Origin: Halobacteriota archaeon | Lineage (GTDB): Archaea; Halobacteriota; Syntropharchaeia; Alkanophagales; Methanospirareceae | DNA: 32,000 nt | Direction of reading: 5' to 3' | Assembly (NCBI GenBank): GCA_049287525.1 | Contig: JBAQFZ010000081.1 | Location: 1-32,000 of the forward strand | Part shown: positions 1-9,003 of the stretch, piece after piece | How the letters are laid out: the number at the start of each line of letters is the position of its first letter | Numbering within the stretch: position 1 is the stretch's first letter | The notes under the pieces: model-generated | What the model saw: only the letters and a program-made list of their open reading frames with translations | Database searches by the model: none | Told to the model about the DNA's origin: nothing | Translations under genes and position numbers: made by a program

Positions 1-265
1 TTGAAGTCATACATCAGATCACTGGGTAAAATAATCGTTTTTATACTATACAAAAGGTATCATGAGTTGGATTCACAATCTCTTATCCGAACACCTATGG
101 GAGGAGACTTATGTGTGCGGCATCTGGTTGACTATAACAAAAATCAACAATGTTAAACATAAATAAGTCCGTGTAAATCTGCGTCTTAAATAGAGGAAAG
201 TTATACTTTATGTACAACAAAAAACCTGCGAGCGGATATTTCATCTACCCTTTCGCTCTGAATTA

Positions 266-1360
266 TCAGCTCTGTGCATTCCTCTTCTTCATCTTTCCCA
301 ATCGCCGTATCAATGCCAACCCTTTATCCTCTATCTTATCCACTTCCACATACCCGTTCTCCACAGCGCCATTAACTACCGCTTCGCCGAGCTCTGTACG
401 CGCGAACACGGTCGTCCACCCGTCTCCCGAGCCTACCGAGCCCGCGGAAATATCCGCGAGTTCCGCAGTATAATCCACACAACTCAAACAACCCTCGCCT
501 ATATACTCCTTTATCGCATCCAGCGGAATCGCATGTACCTTACCTTCTTCTTCATATACCAGAAACTCCTTACCTTTGATGTCCACCTTCTTCACTTTCT
601 CTAATTCGACATAATTCTTCGCGATATACGTCAGCAAATCCGCAGTGAAATTGTGCATGCAGAACAATCCAATCACCAACTTTATCTTCTCTTTTCCCAC
701 CTCATACGGCTGTTCCGCAGTCTGGACTTTTCTCAAACCCTGTATCTGACACGGTAGACCTACAAACCCTATGGCGTTACAACCTTCTTCTATCGCTTCT
801 TTTACGCCTACCACACCCGGATAAAGCGTGTATTTCGTACCCGCACCTTCATTCAACGTCTCAAAATCCTTTGCTACTTTCGTCTTCGGTCTCCAGTGCT
901 CATCTGAGGTCGTAATCACCGCGCCATCTATCATACCTGTGTCAAGTGCATAAGCGAGCAGCGACGTAACCGCACCACCGTCCTGTCCTGATATATCCTC
1001 TCTCTTTGTGCGTACCGCATAACAACTCCGGTAGACGCCAATAACCGTATCTTCTGCTCTTGCCCTACCTAATACCCGCCGTTCTAGTTCGGATAACGGT
1101 AAGAACGTCCGGGGACAGAAGGTATAGCACAGCCCGCAAACTGTATCATACTGCGCTGCAAACTCAGGCAGTTGTTGTTCGGCAGCATCATCTCCCGCCT
1201 CCATCTGTATCTGTATCTTATCGCAAAACGCGACACAGGTGCCACAGCGAGTGCAAATCCGTTTAGACACCACTTCTCGCTTCAAATCCGAAAAGCCAAG
1301 TTCTAAAAAAGCCGGTAATCGCACATATTTATATTTACGGTCTTCCAGTTCAGTACCCAT
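266..1360 (-). CDS. Coenzyme F420 hydrogenase/dehydrogenase beta-subunit family protein (FrhB/FpoF-like) with N-terminal 2x[4Fe-4S] motifs
   Basis: 364-aa ORF. Two Cys clusters (CTRCGTCVAFC, CGLCYTFCP) precede an FrhB-type core (GQDGGAVTSLL, GFVGLPCQIQG, GLFCMHNF, CLSCVDYTAELADIS). Confidence 0.8.
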   Translation of the reverse strand: MGTELEDRKYKYVRLPAFLELGFSDLKREVVSKRICTRCGTCVAFCDKIQIQMEAGDDAAEQQLPEFAAQYDTVCGLCYTFCPRTFLPLSELERRVLGRARAEDTVIGVYRSCYAVRTKREDISGQDGGAVTSLLAYALDTGMIDGAVITTSDEHWRPKTKVAKDFETLNEGAGTKYTLYPGVVGVKEAIEEGCNAIGFVGLPCQIQGLRKVQTAEQPYEVGKEKIKLVIGLFCMHNFTADLLTYIAKNYVELEKVKKVDIKGKEFLVYEEEGKVHAIPLDAIKEYIGEGCLSCVDYTAELADISAGSVGSGDGWTTVFARTELGEAVVNGAVENGYVEVDKIEDKGLALIRRLGKMKKRNAQS

Positions 1361-1480
1361 TTCTCACGTCCTCGCCCCCTATTTCGTTAGCTTATCTTAA
1401 TAACCCTATCATCGAGTACAATTTATAAATGTATATTCTATTCTACCACCACAAGATATTGATATTGGGTACCACTCACA

Positions 1481-2056
1481 ATGTATGAAGAACAGGAGCT
1501 GAGAAGACAGGAAGCTGGGATAGCGGAATGCCGGCTTTGCGAACTCTGGAATACGCGGAATAAACCCGTCTTCGGTGAAGGCGCGCTATCTGCGAGGATA
1601 ATGCTAATAGGCGAAGCACCGGGCTATTATGAGGATTTGCACGGCAGACCGTTCGTGGGTAAAGCGGGCAAAGTACTCGATGAGTTATTGAACTCAATCG
1701 GGCTGGTAAGAGCAGAAGTGTACATCACGAACATTTTAAAATGCCGACCACCGGGTAATAGAAATCCAGCAGTTGCAGAGATAAAAGCCTGCACGCCTTA
1801 TCTGGATGCACAGATGAGAATCATTGACCCCGATGTGATTGTCACACTGGGCAACTTCTCGCTGACCTATATATTTGATAAACTCGGATTGAAGCCTGAG
1901 AAGATAAGTAAGATACACGGCAAGGTCTTTACGGTAAGTACTATCACGGGAATCAAAAGATTAACGCCATTGTATCATCCCGCGGTTGCTACTTACAATC
2001 CGGGCATGAAAACGGTCCTGTTAACTGATTTTAAGGCGCTTAAGGACTTTGTTTGA
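1481..2056 (+). CDS. udg: Family 4 (4Fe-4S) uracil-DNA glycosylase
   Basis: 191-aa ORF with CRLCEL...PVFGEG...MLIGEAPGYYEDLHGRPFVGKAGKVLDELL and a C-terminal HPA motif, all typical of family 4 UDGs. Confidence 0.85.
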   Translation: MYEEQELRRQEAGIAECRLCELWNTRNKPVFGEGALSARIMLIGEAPGYYEDLHGRPFVGKAGKVLDELLNSIGLVRAEVYITNILKCRPPGNRNPAVAEIKACTPYLDAQMRIIDPDVIVTLGNFSLTYIFDKLGLKPEKISKIHGKVFTVSTITGIKRLTPLYHPAVATYNPGMKTVLLTDFKALKDFV

Positions 2057-2070
2057 ATTTTTGTCTGTAA

Positions 2071-2355
2071 TCACATTATTCTCGGACTTCTTATATACCC
2101 CGCCTCCTTCCTCGGTGCATTCCGCAGTACTTCTGACTGACTCAACGCTTCCACCTTCGGCTCGTCCGCCCTTACCACATCCGTTATGCCAATCACGTGA
2201 TATGTAGGTTCTACATCTGCGGTGTCTAACTCATCAAGAACCGAGAAATAATCTAATATCGAGCTCAATTGCTGCTCAAATAGCTCTTTCTCCCTTTCGC
2301 TCAGCGCTATCCGCGCTAACCATCCTATATGCTCTATCTCTTCTTTTCGTATCAT
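2071..2355 (-). CDS. gatC: Asp-tRNA(Asn)/Glu-tRNA(Gln) amidotransferase subunit C
   Basis: 94-aa ORF with the typical GatC pattern (IEHIGWLARIALSEREKELFEQQLSSILDYFSVLDELDT..VEP...RADEP). Confidence 0.85.
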   Translation of the reverse strand: MIRKEEIEHIGWLARIALSEREKELFEQQLSSILDYFSVLDELDTADVEPTYHVIGITDVVRADEPKVEALSQSEVLRNAPRKEAGYIRSPRIM

Positions 2356-2457
2356 GACCCATACATACTCTTTACAAACCCTCTTCTTTTTATTTTTATT
2401 TGTTTTTTATGTTTATTAATAATAATACCTTTTTCCTTTGGTAACTAACATTTAAAG

Positions 2458-3477
2458 ATGACGAAAGCAGTAATACTCGCAGGTGGTTATGGGACCAGGC
2501 TCAGACCGCTTACCTTTAGCATGCCGAAGTCTATGATTCCTCTGGTGAATAAACCCATAATAGAGTACATAGTGGACTATCTGGCGGGTTACGGCTTAAC
2601 AGACATCGTTATTACCTTAAACTACCTGCGCGAGCAAACGATAGAATATCTCAGTAAACGAGCTGATTTGACGCTATCATATCCCGAAGAGCCATCACCA
2701 TTAGGAACCGCGGGTTCTGTAAAAAACGCGGGAATCACTGATACCACCTTGATAATACAGGGTGACAACATCACTGACATGGACATAAGAAAGGTGCTTG
2801 CGTTTCACACAGCGCATGGTAAACTTGTGACTATTGCGCTCTTGCCCGTGCCTGATCCATCTTTATATGGTATAGCCGGGATAGAATCCAATGGCAGGAT
2901 AACGATGTTTAAGGAGAAACCCTCTCCGGATGAATGCTTCTCAAATCTCGCGAATACCGGGTTGTACGTGATAGAACCCGAAGTAATGGACTATATTCCG
3001 GAAGGCACCGCATTTGATTTCTCTAAAGACCTGTTTCCTATGCTGGTACCGAAGAGCGAGGTTTATGGTTGCGTGGTTCACGGATTCTGGACCGATGTCG
3101 GTAGTCGAGCGGGTTATATGGCAGCGAGCAGATGGATACTGGAACAAAAAGGGTTTGAATGTGCGGATACCGCGGAGATAGCGGATAGTGAAATTCAGGG
3201 TAACGTTGCCATCGGAGAACACGCGGTGATAAAACATTCCGGGATACAAGGTCCCGCAGTGATAGGCAACCATGCAGCAGTAATAAATAGCAAAATGCAC
3301 GATGCGGTAATCTTCCCTAAGGTGAACCTGAACGAAACCACGCTAAATAAATGCCTGATTGGTGAGGACACGGTAATAAAAGAAGCAGAACTGAGTGATT
3401 CGATCATCGGTGCATGCTGTTCGATAAAAGCATGTCGGTATAGAGTAGAGCGGTGGGAAGAAGAGACGTCTGAATGA
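2458..3477 (+). CDS. Sugar-1-phosphate nucleotidyltransferase with C-terminal left-handed beta-helix-like region
   Basis: 339-aa ORF. N-terminal signature is ILAGGYGTRLRPLT..PK.MIPL, and the C-terminal third has hexapeptide-like periodicity (IQGNVAIGEHAVI..IQGPAVIGNHAAV). Confidence 0.8.
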   Translation: MTKAVILAGGYGTRLRPLTFSMPKSMIPLVNKPIIEYIVDYLAGYGLTDIVITLNYLREQTIEYLSKRADLTLSYPEEPSPLGTAGSVKNAGITDTTLIIQGDNITDMDIRKVLAFHTAHGKLVTIALLPVPDPSLYGIAGIESNGRITMFKEKPSPDECFSNLANTGLYVIEPEVMDYIPEGTAFDFSKDLFPMLVPKSEVYGCVVHGFWTDVGSRAGYMAASRWILEQKGFECADTAEIADSEIQGNVAIGEHAVIKHSGIQGPAVIGNHAAVINSKMHDAVIFPKVNLNETTLNKCLIGEDTVIKEAELSDSIIGACCSIKACRYRVERWEEETSE

Positions 3478-3519
3478 ATGACAATGTGACATTAAGGTAA
3501 GGTAAGCGAGGGGACAAAA

Positions 3520-3891
3520 ATGCGAAGACTATTCGACAAACCCGAAAAAGAATATAAACAGTGCATCGTCATCCGGACGGATATAAAGCTCTCAAAAGGC
3601 AAAGCTGCTGCACAAGCCGCTCATGCCGCTATAATCAGCTACGAACGTGCTGCGGTGCGGGATAGAAAGAACTGGAAAGAGCAGGGTCAGAAGAAAGTTG
3701 TGCTTACGGTGAACAGCCTTGAAGAACTCTACACAGTAAAGGATGAAGCTGAAAAGCTGGGACTGCCCTGCGCTCTTGTCGAAGATGCCGGGCTAACCGA
3801 GATACCACCGGGGACCGTGACTGCATTGGGAATCGGACCTTCACGTACTGAAGAGATAGATAAGGTCACAGGGCATCTGGAATTACTATGA
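3520..3891 (+). CDS. pth2: Peptidyl-tRNA hydrolase, archaeal/eukaryotic Pth2 type
   Basis: 123-aa ORF with KQCIVIRTDIKLSKGKAAAQAAHAA and LVEDAGLTEIPPGTVTALGIGP. A GAGGGG Shine-Dalgarno-like box lies 6-11 nt upstream. Confidence 0.9.
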   Translation: MRRLFDKPEKEYKQCIVIRTDIKLSKGKAAAQAAHAAIISYERAAVRDRKNWKEQGQKKVVLTVNSLEELYTVKDEAEKLGLPCALVEDAGLTEIPPGTVTALGIGPSRTEEIDKVTGHLELL

Positions 3892-3949
3892 ATTAGCATG
3901 TTGCTTTGAGGATTACATGTACTCAGCCCCTTACGTATTTCACTTAACG

Positions 3950-4699
3950 TTATTTCTTCCAAAACTGCCACCATTTCTTATATGACGCTTCTTGGAGCAT
4001 AGCTATTTTTCCTTTTACAATTGATGCTCTTTCTGCATCTTTCAAATCTTCAAAAGTCGCGAGTGCATTTTTGTAATATTCCCGAGCCTCATCCCGTTTA
4101 CCCATACCTGCAAGCAAAGTTCCAATGTTGTTTGAAGTCATTGCAACATCGGACTGAGAGTTTACGTTGGAAGGGTCTGAATCAAGCAGTTTTTTCCTGT
4201 AAATATTCAGGCTCTGGTTATAGGAATCAAGTGAAGCAGAAAATCTACCGAGATCATGAAGAATCATCCCCTTTTGATGAAGGGCAGCAGCAAGCGCATA
4301 TCTATCATTCGCTTTTCCTGCACAGATTTCTGCTTGCTCTGTTAATCGTAAAGCTGTGGTATAATCAAAAAGAGCGTAAAGCAAACTACCGAGTCTGAGA
4401 TTCAATTCCAATGCTTTCTTATATTCTTGTCCAAGGAAAAGATGATCTGCAAGAGAAAAGTAAACATACCTTTCAGGAAGTTTATCTTTCAAACTCTCAA
4501 TACATCTTGCTGCTTTAGAATGTAGTTTGACCTTCTCACCTTCAGGTAATTTATCCCTGCAATACTCTCGCAGTGAAGCATGCGCAAAGTCATAGAGCTC
4601 CTTTTCCAGCGTTCTAAAAACAATATTTTGATTGAGTTCGTCTTGCAGATTTACAAGATCATCTCTTTCCAGCATACAGGCAATCAGAGATAAGCTCAA
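3950..4699 (-). CDS. TPR-repeat protein; probable C-terminal part of a frameshifted STAND-like NTPase-TPR gene
   Basis: 249-aa ORF called from a TTG start. The frame stays open upstream to 4789. Repeated TPR-like helical pairs are present (ALRLTEQAEICAGKANDRYALAAALHQKGMILHDLGRFSASLDSYNQSLNIY...). Confidence 0.6.
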   Translation of the reverse strand: MSLSLIACMLERDDLVNLQDELNQNIVFRTLEKELYDFAHASLREYCRDKLPEGEKVKLHSKAARCIESLKDKLPERYVYFSLADHLFLGQEYKKALELNLRLGSLLYALFDYTTALRLTEQAEICAGKANDRYALAAALHQKGMILHDLGRFSASLDSYNQSLNIYRKKLLDSDPSNVNSQSDVAMTSNNIGTLLAGMGKRDEAREYYKNALATFEDLKDAERASIVKGKIAMLQEASYKKWWQFWKK

Positions 4700-4749
4700 A
4701 GGTAGATGCAGGATGCAGAGGGAATTCGTTCTGCTTTTCCATGTTTGAT

Positions 4750-5541
4750 CTAACCCAAGGTAAATGGACTGGGCAGGATATTCCGGATGTTAGCACGTGT
4801 TGGAGTTATTTTCTGTTTTTGCAGCAGGTCAAAGCAAGTCACCAAACAGAGCGGGTCTCCGATATTTGCGCTTAAAAATTGAGCTGTTTCATCGCTGATA
4901 GATAAACCGAACCTCTTGTTAGCTAAATCCTTGATTCCCTCTACATTCATTCCACCGAGGCAGATTTCAGTATGATTATATCTAACAAGTTCCTGCCGCA
5001 GTTCCTCGTACATCTCCTTCTTCTTAGCCTCCAGCCGAAAAGCAGCGATGAAAATAATTGCTGGCTGTGGATTCCGAATCAAGTCCTTTAGTAGCATAAA
5101 GTCTGAATCCGATGAAAACTGAACATCATCAACAATAATGGCAAGAAGGCGATTAGTGTTTGTTAATTCCTCACTCAAATTACGAAGAACTGAGCGAAAA
5201 GATAGAAGCAACTGACTGTACCCAGCAGGCTGTTCAGGCAAAATCCTTTTTGCAACAGCAACTGTAAGAACAGCGCCGATCCCTGCACCTGCCAATGGAG
5301 GAGCCTTTTTTAGAGCCTTGTCTATACCATCTAAAGCAGCTTCAATGGATTTCTTGACTTTTTGATTTTCAAGTATATTTTTGAACCAGCCGAATTTTTG
5401 GTAGCCTTTCAGGTCTGTAAGCAAATCTCGGTAAGTGATAAATATCATACCTGTCGTTTCCAGAAACTCCCTTTTGATTGCAGGTCTTTTCAACGCCTCC
5501 GTCTGTATATTCTTTATCAATTCCAATAATTTTTCCTTCAT
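4750..5541 (-). CDS. STAND/AAA_16-like NTPase-domain protein with a degenerate Walker A; probable N-terminal part of a frameshifted gene
   Basis: 263-aa ORF. Walker B-like LLAIIVDDVQ is encoded at 5119-5148. The P-loop-like segment LAGAGIGAVLT (5263-5292) lacks the Lys-Ser/Thr pair. It is followed 50 nt downstream, in another frame, by the TPR ORF. Confidence 0.5.
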   Translation of the reverse strand: MKEKLLELIKNIQTEALKRPAIKREFLETTGMIFITYRDLLTDLKGYQKFGWFKNILENQKVKKSIEAALDGIDKALKKAPPLAGAGIGAVLTVAVAKRILPEQPAGYSQLLLSFRSVLRNLSEELTNTNRLLAIIVDDVQFSSDSDFMLLKDLIRNPQPAIIFIAAFRLEAKKKEMYEELRQELVRYNHTEICLGGMNVEGIKDLANKRFGLSISDETAQFLSANIGDPLCLVTCFDLLQKQKITPTRANIRNILPSPFTLG

Positions 5542-5611
5542 ACTTATAGGGGAAAGAGATTTTAATCCTTTTTATAACCTCTATCATATATATATAATTT
5601 ATATATAACTT

Positions 5612-6268
5612 ATGGTTTTTGAAGAATTAGAGGATTACAACGTGAAGTTATACCGGCTTGTAGCTTCTGAAGAGGGACCGACAAAGCTCTTCGTCGGTGG
5701 TCTGCACGGAAACGAAAGTCTGTACACAGCACCTATTCTTGAGCGTTTGGCACAGGAGGGAATATACGTAGGCGAAGCGATCATTGTCCCCTGCCTCTGC
5801 CTCGTCGAAAACAGCAAATACATTGATGTTCTATCCCGGGAATACTACCGGAGCAAAGAAGGTATGGCTTTACTTCGTCTTATTCGGGACTACCAGCCGG
5901 GTTTCTATTTCGAGCTACACGCCTATGGCAAGCAGTCGTATTCGCGATTAACGGACCCGGAGCGTGAGAATAAGATAGGAGTACCTCCGTTCGTGGACCT
6001 TGGAACTGGAATCCTTATTGGCTCTATCGCACCAATACTGCGGCGCAAGTTCCGCGAGCATGAGTTCTGCATCACCCTTGAAGTGCCGAACTGGAAATAC
6101 AACCAGGCAGAGCTAAAAGCAGAACTCTTGCTTATCTTACGGCAGGTACTGAGAATAGCAAATAAGGCGGAAATGATTGCCTGGCTCAGAATGAGGTATC
6201 CAGAACAAATAAAAAAGGCAGAGATTCTCTTTAAACAATATTACCATCACCGCTTGGAACCGTTTTGA
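5612..6268 (+). CDS. Conserved archaeal hypothetical protein (DUF2119-like), possible AstE/AspA-M14-like zinc hydrolase fold
   Basis: 218-aa ORF. FVGGLHGNE and later FELHAYG resemble the H-x-x-E ... H metal-ligand layout of succinylglutamate desuccinylase/aspartoacylase-type enzymes. The assignment is from memory. Confidence 0.5.
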   Translation: MVFEELEDYNVKLYRLVASEEGPTKLFVGGLHGNESLYTAPILERLAQEGIYVGEAIIVPCLCLVENSKYIDVLSREYYRSKEGMALLRLIRDYQPGFYFELHAYGKQSYSRLTDPERENKIGVPPFVDLGTGILIGSIAPILRRKFREHEFCITLEVPNWKYNQAELKAELLLILRQVLRIANKAEMIAWLRMRYPEQIKKAEILFKQYYHHRLEPF

Positions 6269-6348
6269 GGGGGCCGCTCCGCGGTGAACAAATAAACATG
6301 AAGCATCTATGTACAACTATTTAATCCCGCTCTCCTTTCTTATTCCCT

Positions 6349-6923
6349 ATGCAAGTGTTAGTACAAACAGTAATCCCGGTATTCTCTATCATTATTCTAG
6401 GTTATGCAGTCGGCAAACTCAAGAAATTCGATATTCAAACCTTAATTGATCTAATCGTCTATATATCAGGTCCCTGTTTAATCTTCTCCTCTATTACCAG
6501 CAGTAATCTTAACCTGACCGATTTTACAACAATCGCCGGTGCCGCATTAACTATAATCCTCGCTATGGCTTTTTTAGCGTTCCTGGCATTTAAACTGACA
6601 CAGTCAACCGAGAAAGGGTTATATTTACCCATGATCTTTGGTAACACCAGCTATTTAGGCTATCCCGTTACTCTACGCCGTGATAATTGGCCTGCTAGTC
6701 AATCTATCAAAAATGCCCGTACCTCATTTAATAGCCCAACCAATTGAAATGCTCGGGATGATTACCATTCCATTAGCATTGCTCGTGCTCGGCTGTTATG
6801 TCCATGATATTAGCAGCCAAATACAAAAGAGACGCTTCTTTGGTCGCTTCTGTGGTCTTAATTACTACTGTGCTCAGCATAATCTCTATACCGCTAATCC
6901 TCTCGGTTTTATGCAGTAGTTAA
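6349..6923 (+). pseudogene. Auxin efflux carrier (AEC) family transporter remnant in three reading frames
   Basis: Frame a (6349-6747) gives an AEC N-terminus up to ...IFGNTSYLGYPVTL. Frame b (6680-6919) gives IIGLLVNLSKMPVPHLIAQPIEMLGMITIPLALLVLG. Frame c (6804-6923) gives AAKYKRDASLVASVVLITTVLSIISIPLIL, an AEC-like C-terminus. The total span is about 575 nt, against roughly 900 nt for typical family members. Confidence 0.7.
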
Positions 6924-6928
6924 ACCTT

Positions 6929-8209
6929 TCACGAATATGTATATTCCCACTTCTCTCCTCTCTCTGTTCCTATTTCTATGTTAATATCCTCCCCGCGCGC
7001 GGTTATCGCAGTTGAGGCACGGGCTAAAACCGTTGCATAAACGCCAATAGTAACCTCTGAAACCTTATCCCAGTTTAAAGAGAGCGCCTTTTTGAACCCT
7101 TTTTCTACCATCACCGCCACTCTTTTTTTACACTCTTCTGTATCTGATAAAACGTTTACAATGCCTTCTGCAAGGATTTCCGAGTTGTCAGGCGGCACTT
7201 TTACGCTTTCTTCCGCGTTTATTAGTCCCGAAAGACCCCCCACATCTGATGCCACCACAGGCGTCTTCGCAGCCATCGCCTCTAAGGCAACAATTCCAAA
7301 TGGCTCATACAGGGAAGGCACAACCACCACGTCCGCTGCTTTTAATAAACTTATTACGGTGTAATCATCCTGATAGCCGGTAAAAACAACTTGTTTTGAG
7401 ATACCCAGATAAGCGGCGTCTCTCTCCAGTTGCTTTCTCATTGGTCCTTCGCCTACAATCACAAGCTTCACATTCCGTTTCCCTTCTGGGTATGAGGACA
7501 GGATGATTGGAAGCGCCCCTATCAAAACGTTCACACCTTTTTGATAAACGAGCCGCCCGACAAATAAAATCAGCTTTGTGTTGCTCTGACCGCAAAACCT
7601 TTCCTTTATCGCTTCTCGATCAAGAAAGAACTCGAATTTCAATGTGTCTATTCCGTTTGGAATAACAGATATTTCCGCTTTAGCACCGAACAAGCCCTGT
7701 AACTCCCTCTTCATGCTCTCACTGCAGACAATCACATGGTTTGATGATTTTACAAGTCGTTCTTCTACTCTATGTATTCTCATCTGATAATCTTCCGTTA
7801 TTCCTTGTGACCGTCCAAATTCAGTGCTGTGTATCGTTGCAACAAGGGGCTTTCTGTATCTAAATGCCAGGTCCAGCGCTGCGTTCGCGACCATCCAGTC
7901 ATGCGCATGTATCACGTCTATATTGGTGGATTCGATAACCAAAGCTCCGATAATCTTCATCTCTTCATTCATACAGGTTATAAAATCGGGCTTAGAGGCG
8001 TCAACTGCTATCCGATATAAATATACACCCTCGTTCTTTTCGTAAAGGAAATCCCCCAGAGTAATCACGTGCACTCCCAGCCCTCTTCTTACCAATGCCT
8101 TTGATAGCTCATAGACGTGCTCTGCAATCCCTCCAATCTTGTGGGGGGGATATTCCCACGAAAGCGTCAATATCCTGATTCGCGCTTCCCGCTTCTCCTG
8201 TTCCGTCAC
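6929..8209 (-). CDS. Glycosyltransferase family 4 (GT-B, group 1)
   Basis: 426-aa ORF with a GTG start. The N-terminus is ILTLSWEYPPHKIGGIAEHVYELSKAL, and the C-terminal domain has VVPSLYEPFGIVALEAMAAKTPVVASDVGGL (E-x7-E type motif). Confidence 0.85.
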   Translation of the reverse strand: MTEQEKREARIRILTLSWEYPPHKIGGIAEHVYELSKALVRRGLGVHVITLGDFLYEKNEGVYLYRIAVDASKPDFITCMNEEMKIIGALVIESTNIDVIHAHDWMVANAALDLAFRYRKPLVATIHSTEFGRSQGITEDYQMRIHRVEERLVKSSNHVIVCSESMKRELQGLFGAKAEISVIPNGIDTLKFEFFLDREAIKERFCGQSNTKLILFVGRLVYQKGVNVLIGALPIILSSYPEGKRNVKLVIVGEGPMRKQLERDAAYLGISKQVVFTGYQDDYTVISLLKAADVVVVPSLYEPFGIVALEAMAAKTPVVASDVGGLSGLINAEESVKVPPDNSEILAEGIVNVLSDTEECKKRVAVMVEKGFKKALSLNWDKVSEVTIGVYATVLARASTAITARGEDINIEIGTERGEKWEYTYS

Positions 8210-8403
8210 GTCAGTTTAACGAAAACGCCTCTGCTCTTTTTTACGAATACCAGCTTACCTTCCCTTGCCAGCCATCCAAGACTCATGTAAGCGATGCTGT
8301 GTGAGGCATTTATCTCTGAAACCACGCCCGATATGCTTAACTCTCCTCTTTCATTCAGCAAAGCCCATATCTCTCCTGCCACTGCTCCTATTTCGTCCAT
8401 CAT
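8206..8403 (-). CDS. Small winged-helix protein (DUF2582-like)
   Basis: 65-aa ORF (AGEIWALLNERGELSISGVVSEINASHSIAYMSLGWLAREGKL). Its TGA stop overlaps the GTG start of the downstream GT4 gene (GTGA overlap at 8206-8209). Confidence 0.65.
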   Translation of the reverse strand: MMDEIGAVAGEIWALLNERGELSISGVVSEINASHSIAYMSLGWLAREGKLVFVKKSRGVFVKLT

Positions 8404-8536
8404 GCGCGATCATCTCCTCTTTTTTTTTCATTCGTCAATACTTATGAAATTTAATTTACCTTATAAATCTTTAATCTTTCTGTAAAAGAGCTATAACAGA
8501 TAATAATAATTTACTCAAAACCTCTAACAATGTTAC

Positions 8537-8962
8537 ATGGTGGGAAAAATTTTTGAAGTTGAAGAGATAATCAGGTTATTGAATGAAGATTTCGTCAGGG
8601 AAATAGAAGCCACGATGATATATGTGAGAAACGCCTTCATAATGAACCAGTGCGACCCGAGCAGAGTCACAGAGGATATTGCCATTGACGAGATGAGGCA
8701 CATGTGGTGGCTTGCCGATCTGATTGTGAAAAGGGGCGGAAAGCCAGGTATGAAACACAAAGAACTTGATTTCGGGGGAGAAGACCTGAAAAGTCAATTA
8801 GAGAGGCAGATAGCACTTGAAACAGAAGGCATCGAGAGATATAAACAGCATATTGATGCAATAGATGATGCGGAAGTGGTCGGCGTCCTGAAACATATAT
8901 TGGATGAAGAGAAACGGCACAGAAAAGAGTTCAGGATGAGGCTTGAAAGAATAAATGAATAA
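8537..8962 (+). CDS. Ferritin-like (bacterioferritin/rubrerythrin-type four-helix bundle) protein
   Basis: 141-aa ORF with paired E...E-x-x-H-like motifs (REIEATMIY...DEMRHMWW and ETEGIERY...[11 protein letters not shown]). Confidence 0.65.
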   Translation: MVGKIFEVEEIIRLLNEDFVREIEATMIYVRNAFIMNQCDPSRVTEDIAIDEMRHMWWLADLIVKRGGKPGMKHKELDFGGEDLKSQLERQIALETEGIERYKQHIDAIDDAEVVGVLKHILDEEKRHRKEFRMRLERINE

Positions 8963-9003
8963 TCTTCTTACAAAAGGTGATTATCAAGCGAGGGAGCGAT
9001 AGG

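Noticed and set aside
210-473. 87-aa plus-strand ORF at the left edge
   Set aside because: It overlaps the 3' end of the FrhB/FpoF-like gene in antisense. The product is Pro/Ser/Thr-rich and there is no start context.
3496-3505. Tandem GGTAA-GGTAA upstream of pth2, AGGTAA-tac-TTACCT upstream of the amidohydrolase (10834-10848) and GGTAA 13 nt before the 2458 ATG, considered as members of the same GGTAA leader motif
   Set aside because: A pentamer is expected about once per kb per strand. Spacing and orientation differ between the cases, so only the exact 15-mer pair was kept as a finding.
4750-4752. TAG stop of the STAND N-fragment as a possible pyrrolysine or read-through codon joining it to the TPR ORF
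   Set aside because: The downstream TPR ORF is in a different frame, so read-through cannot fuse them. A frameshift is required.
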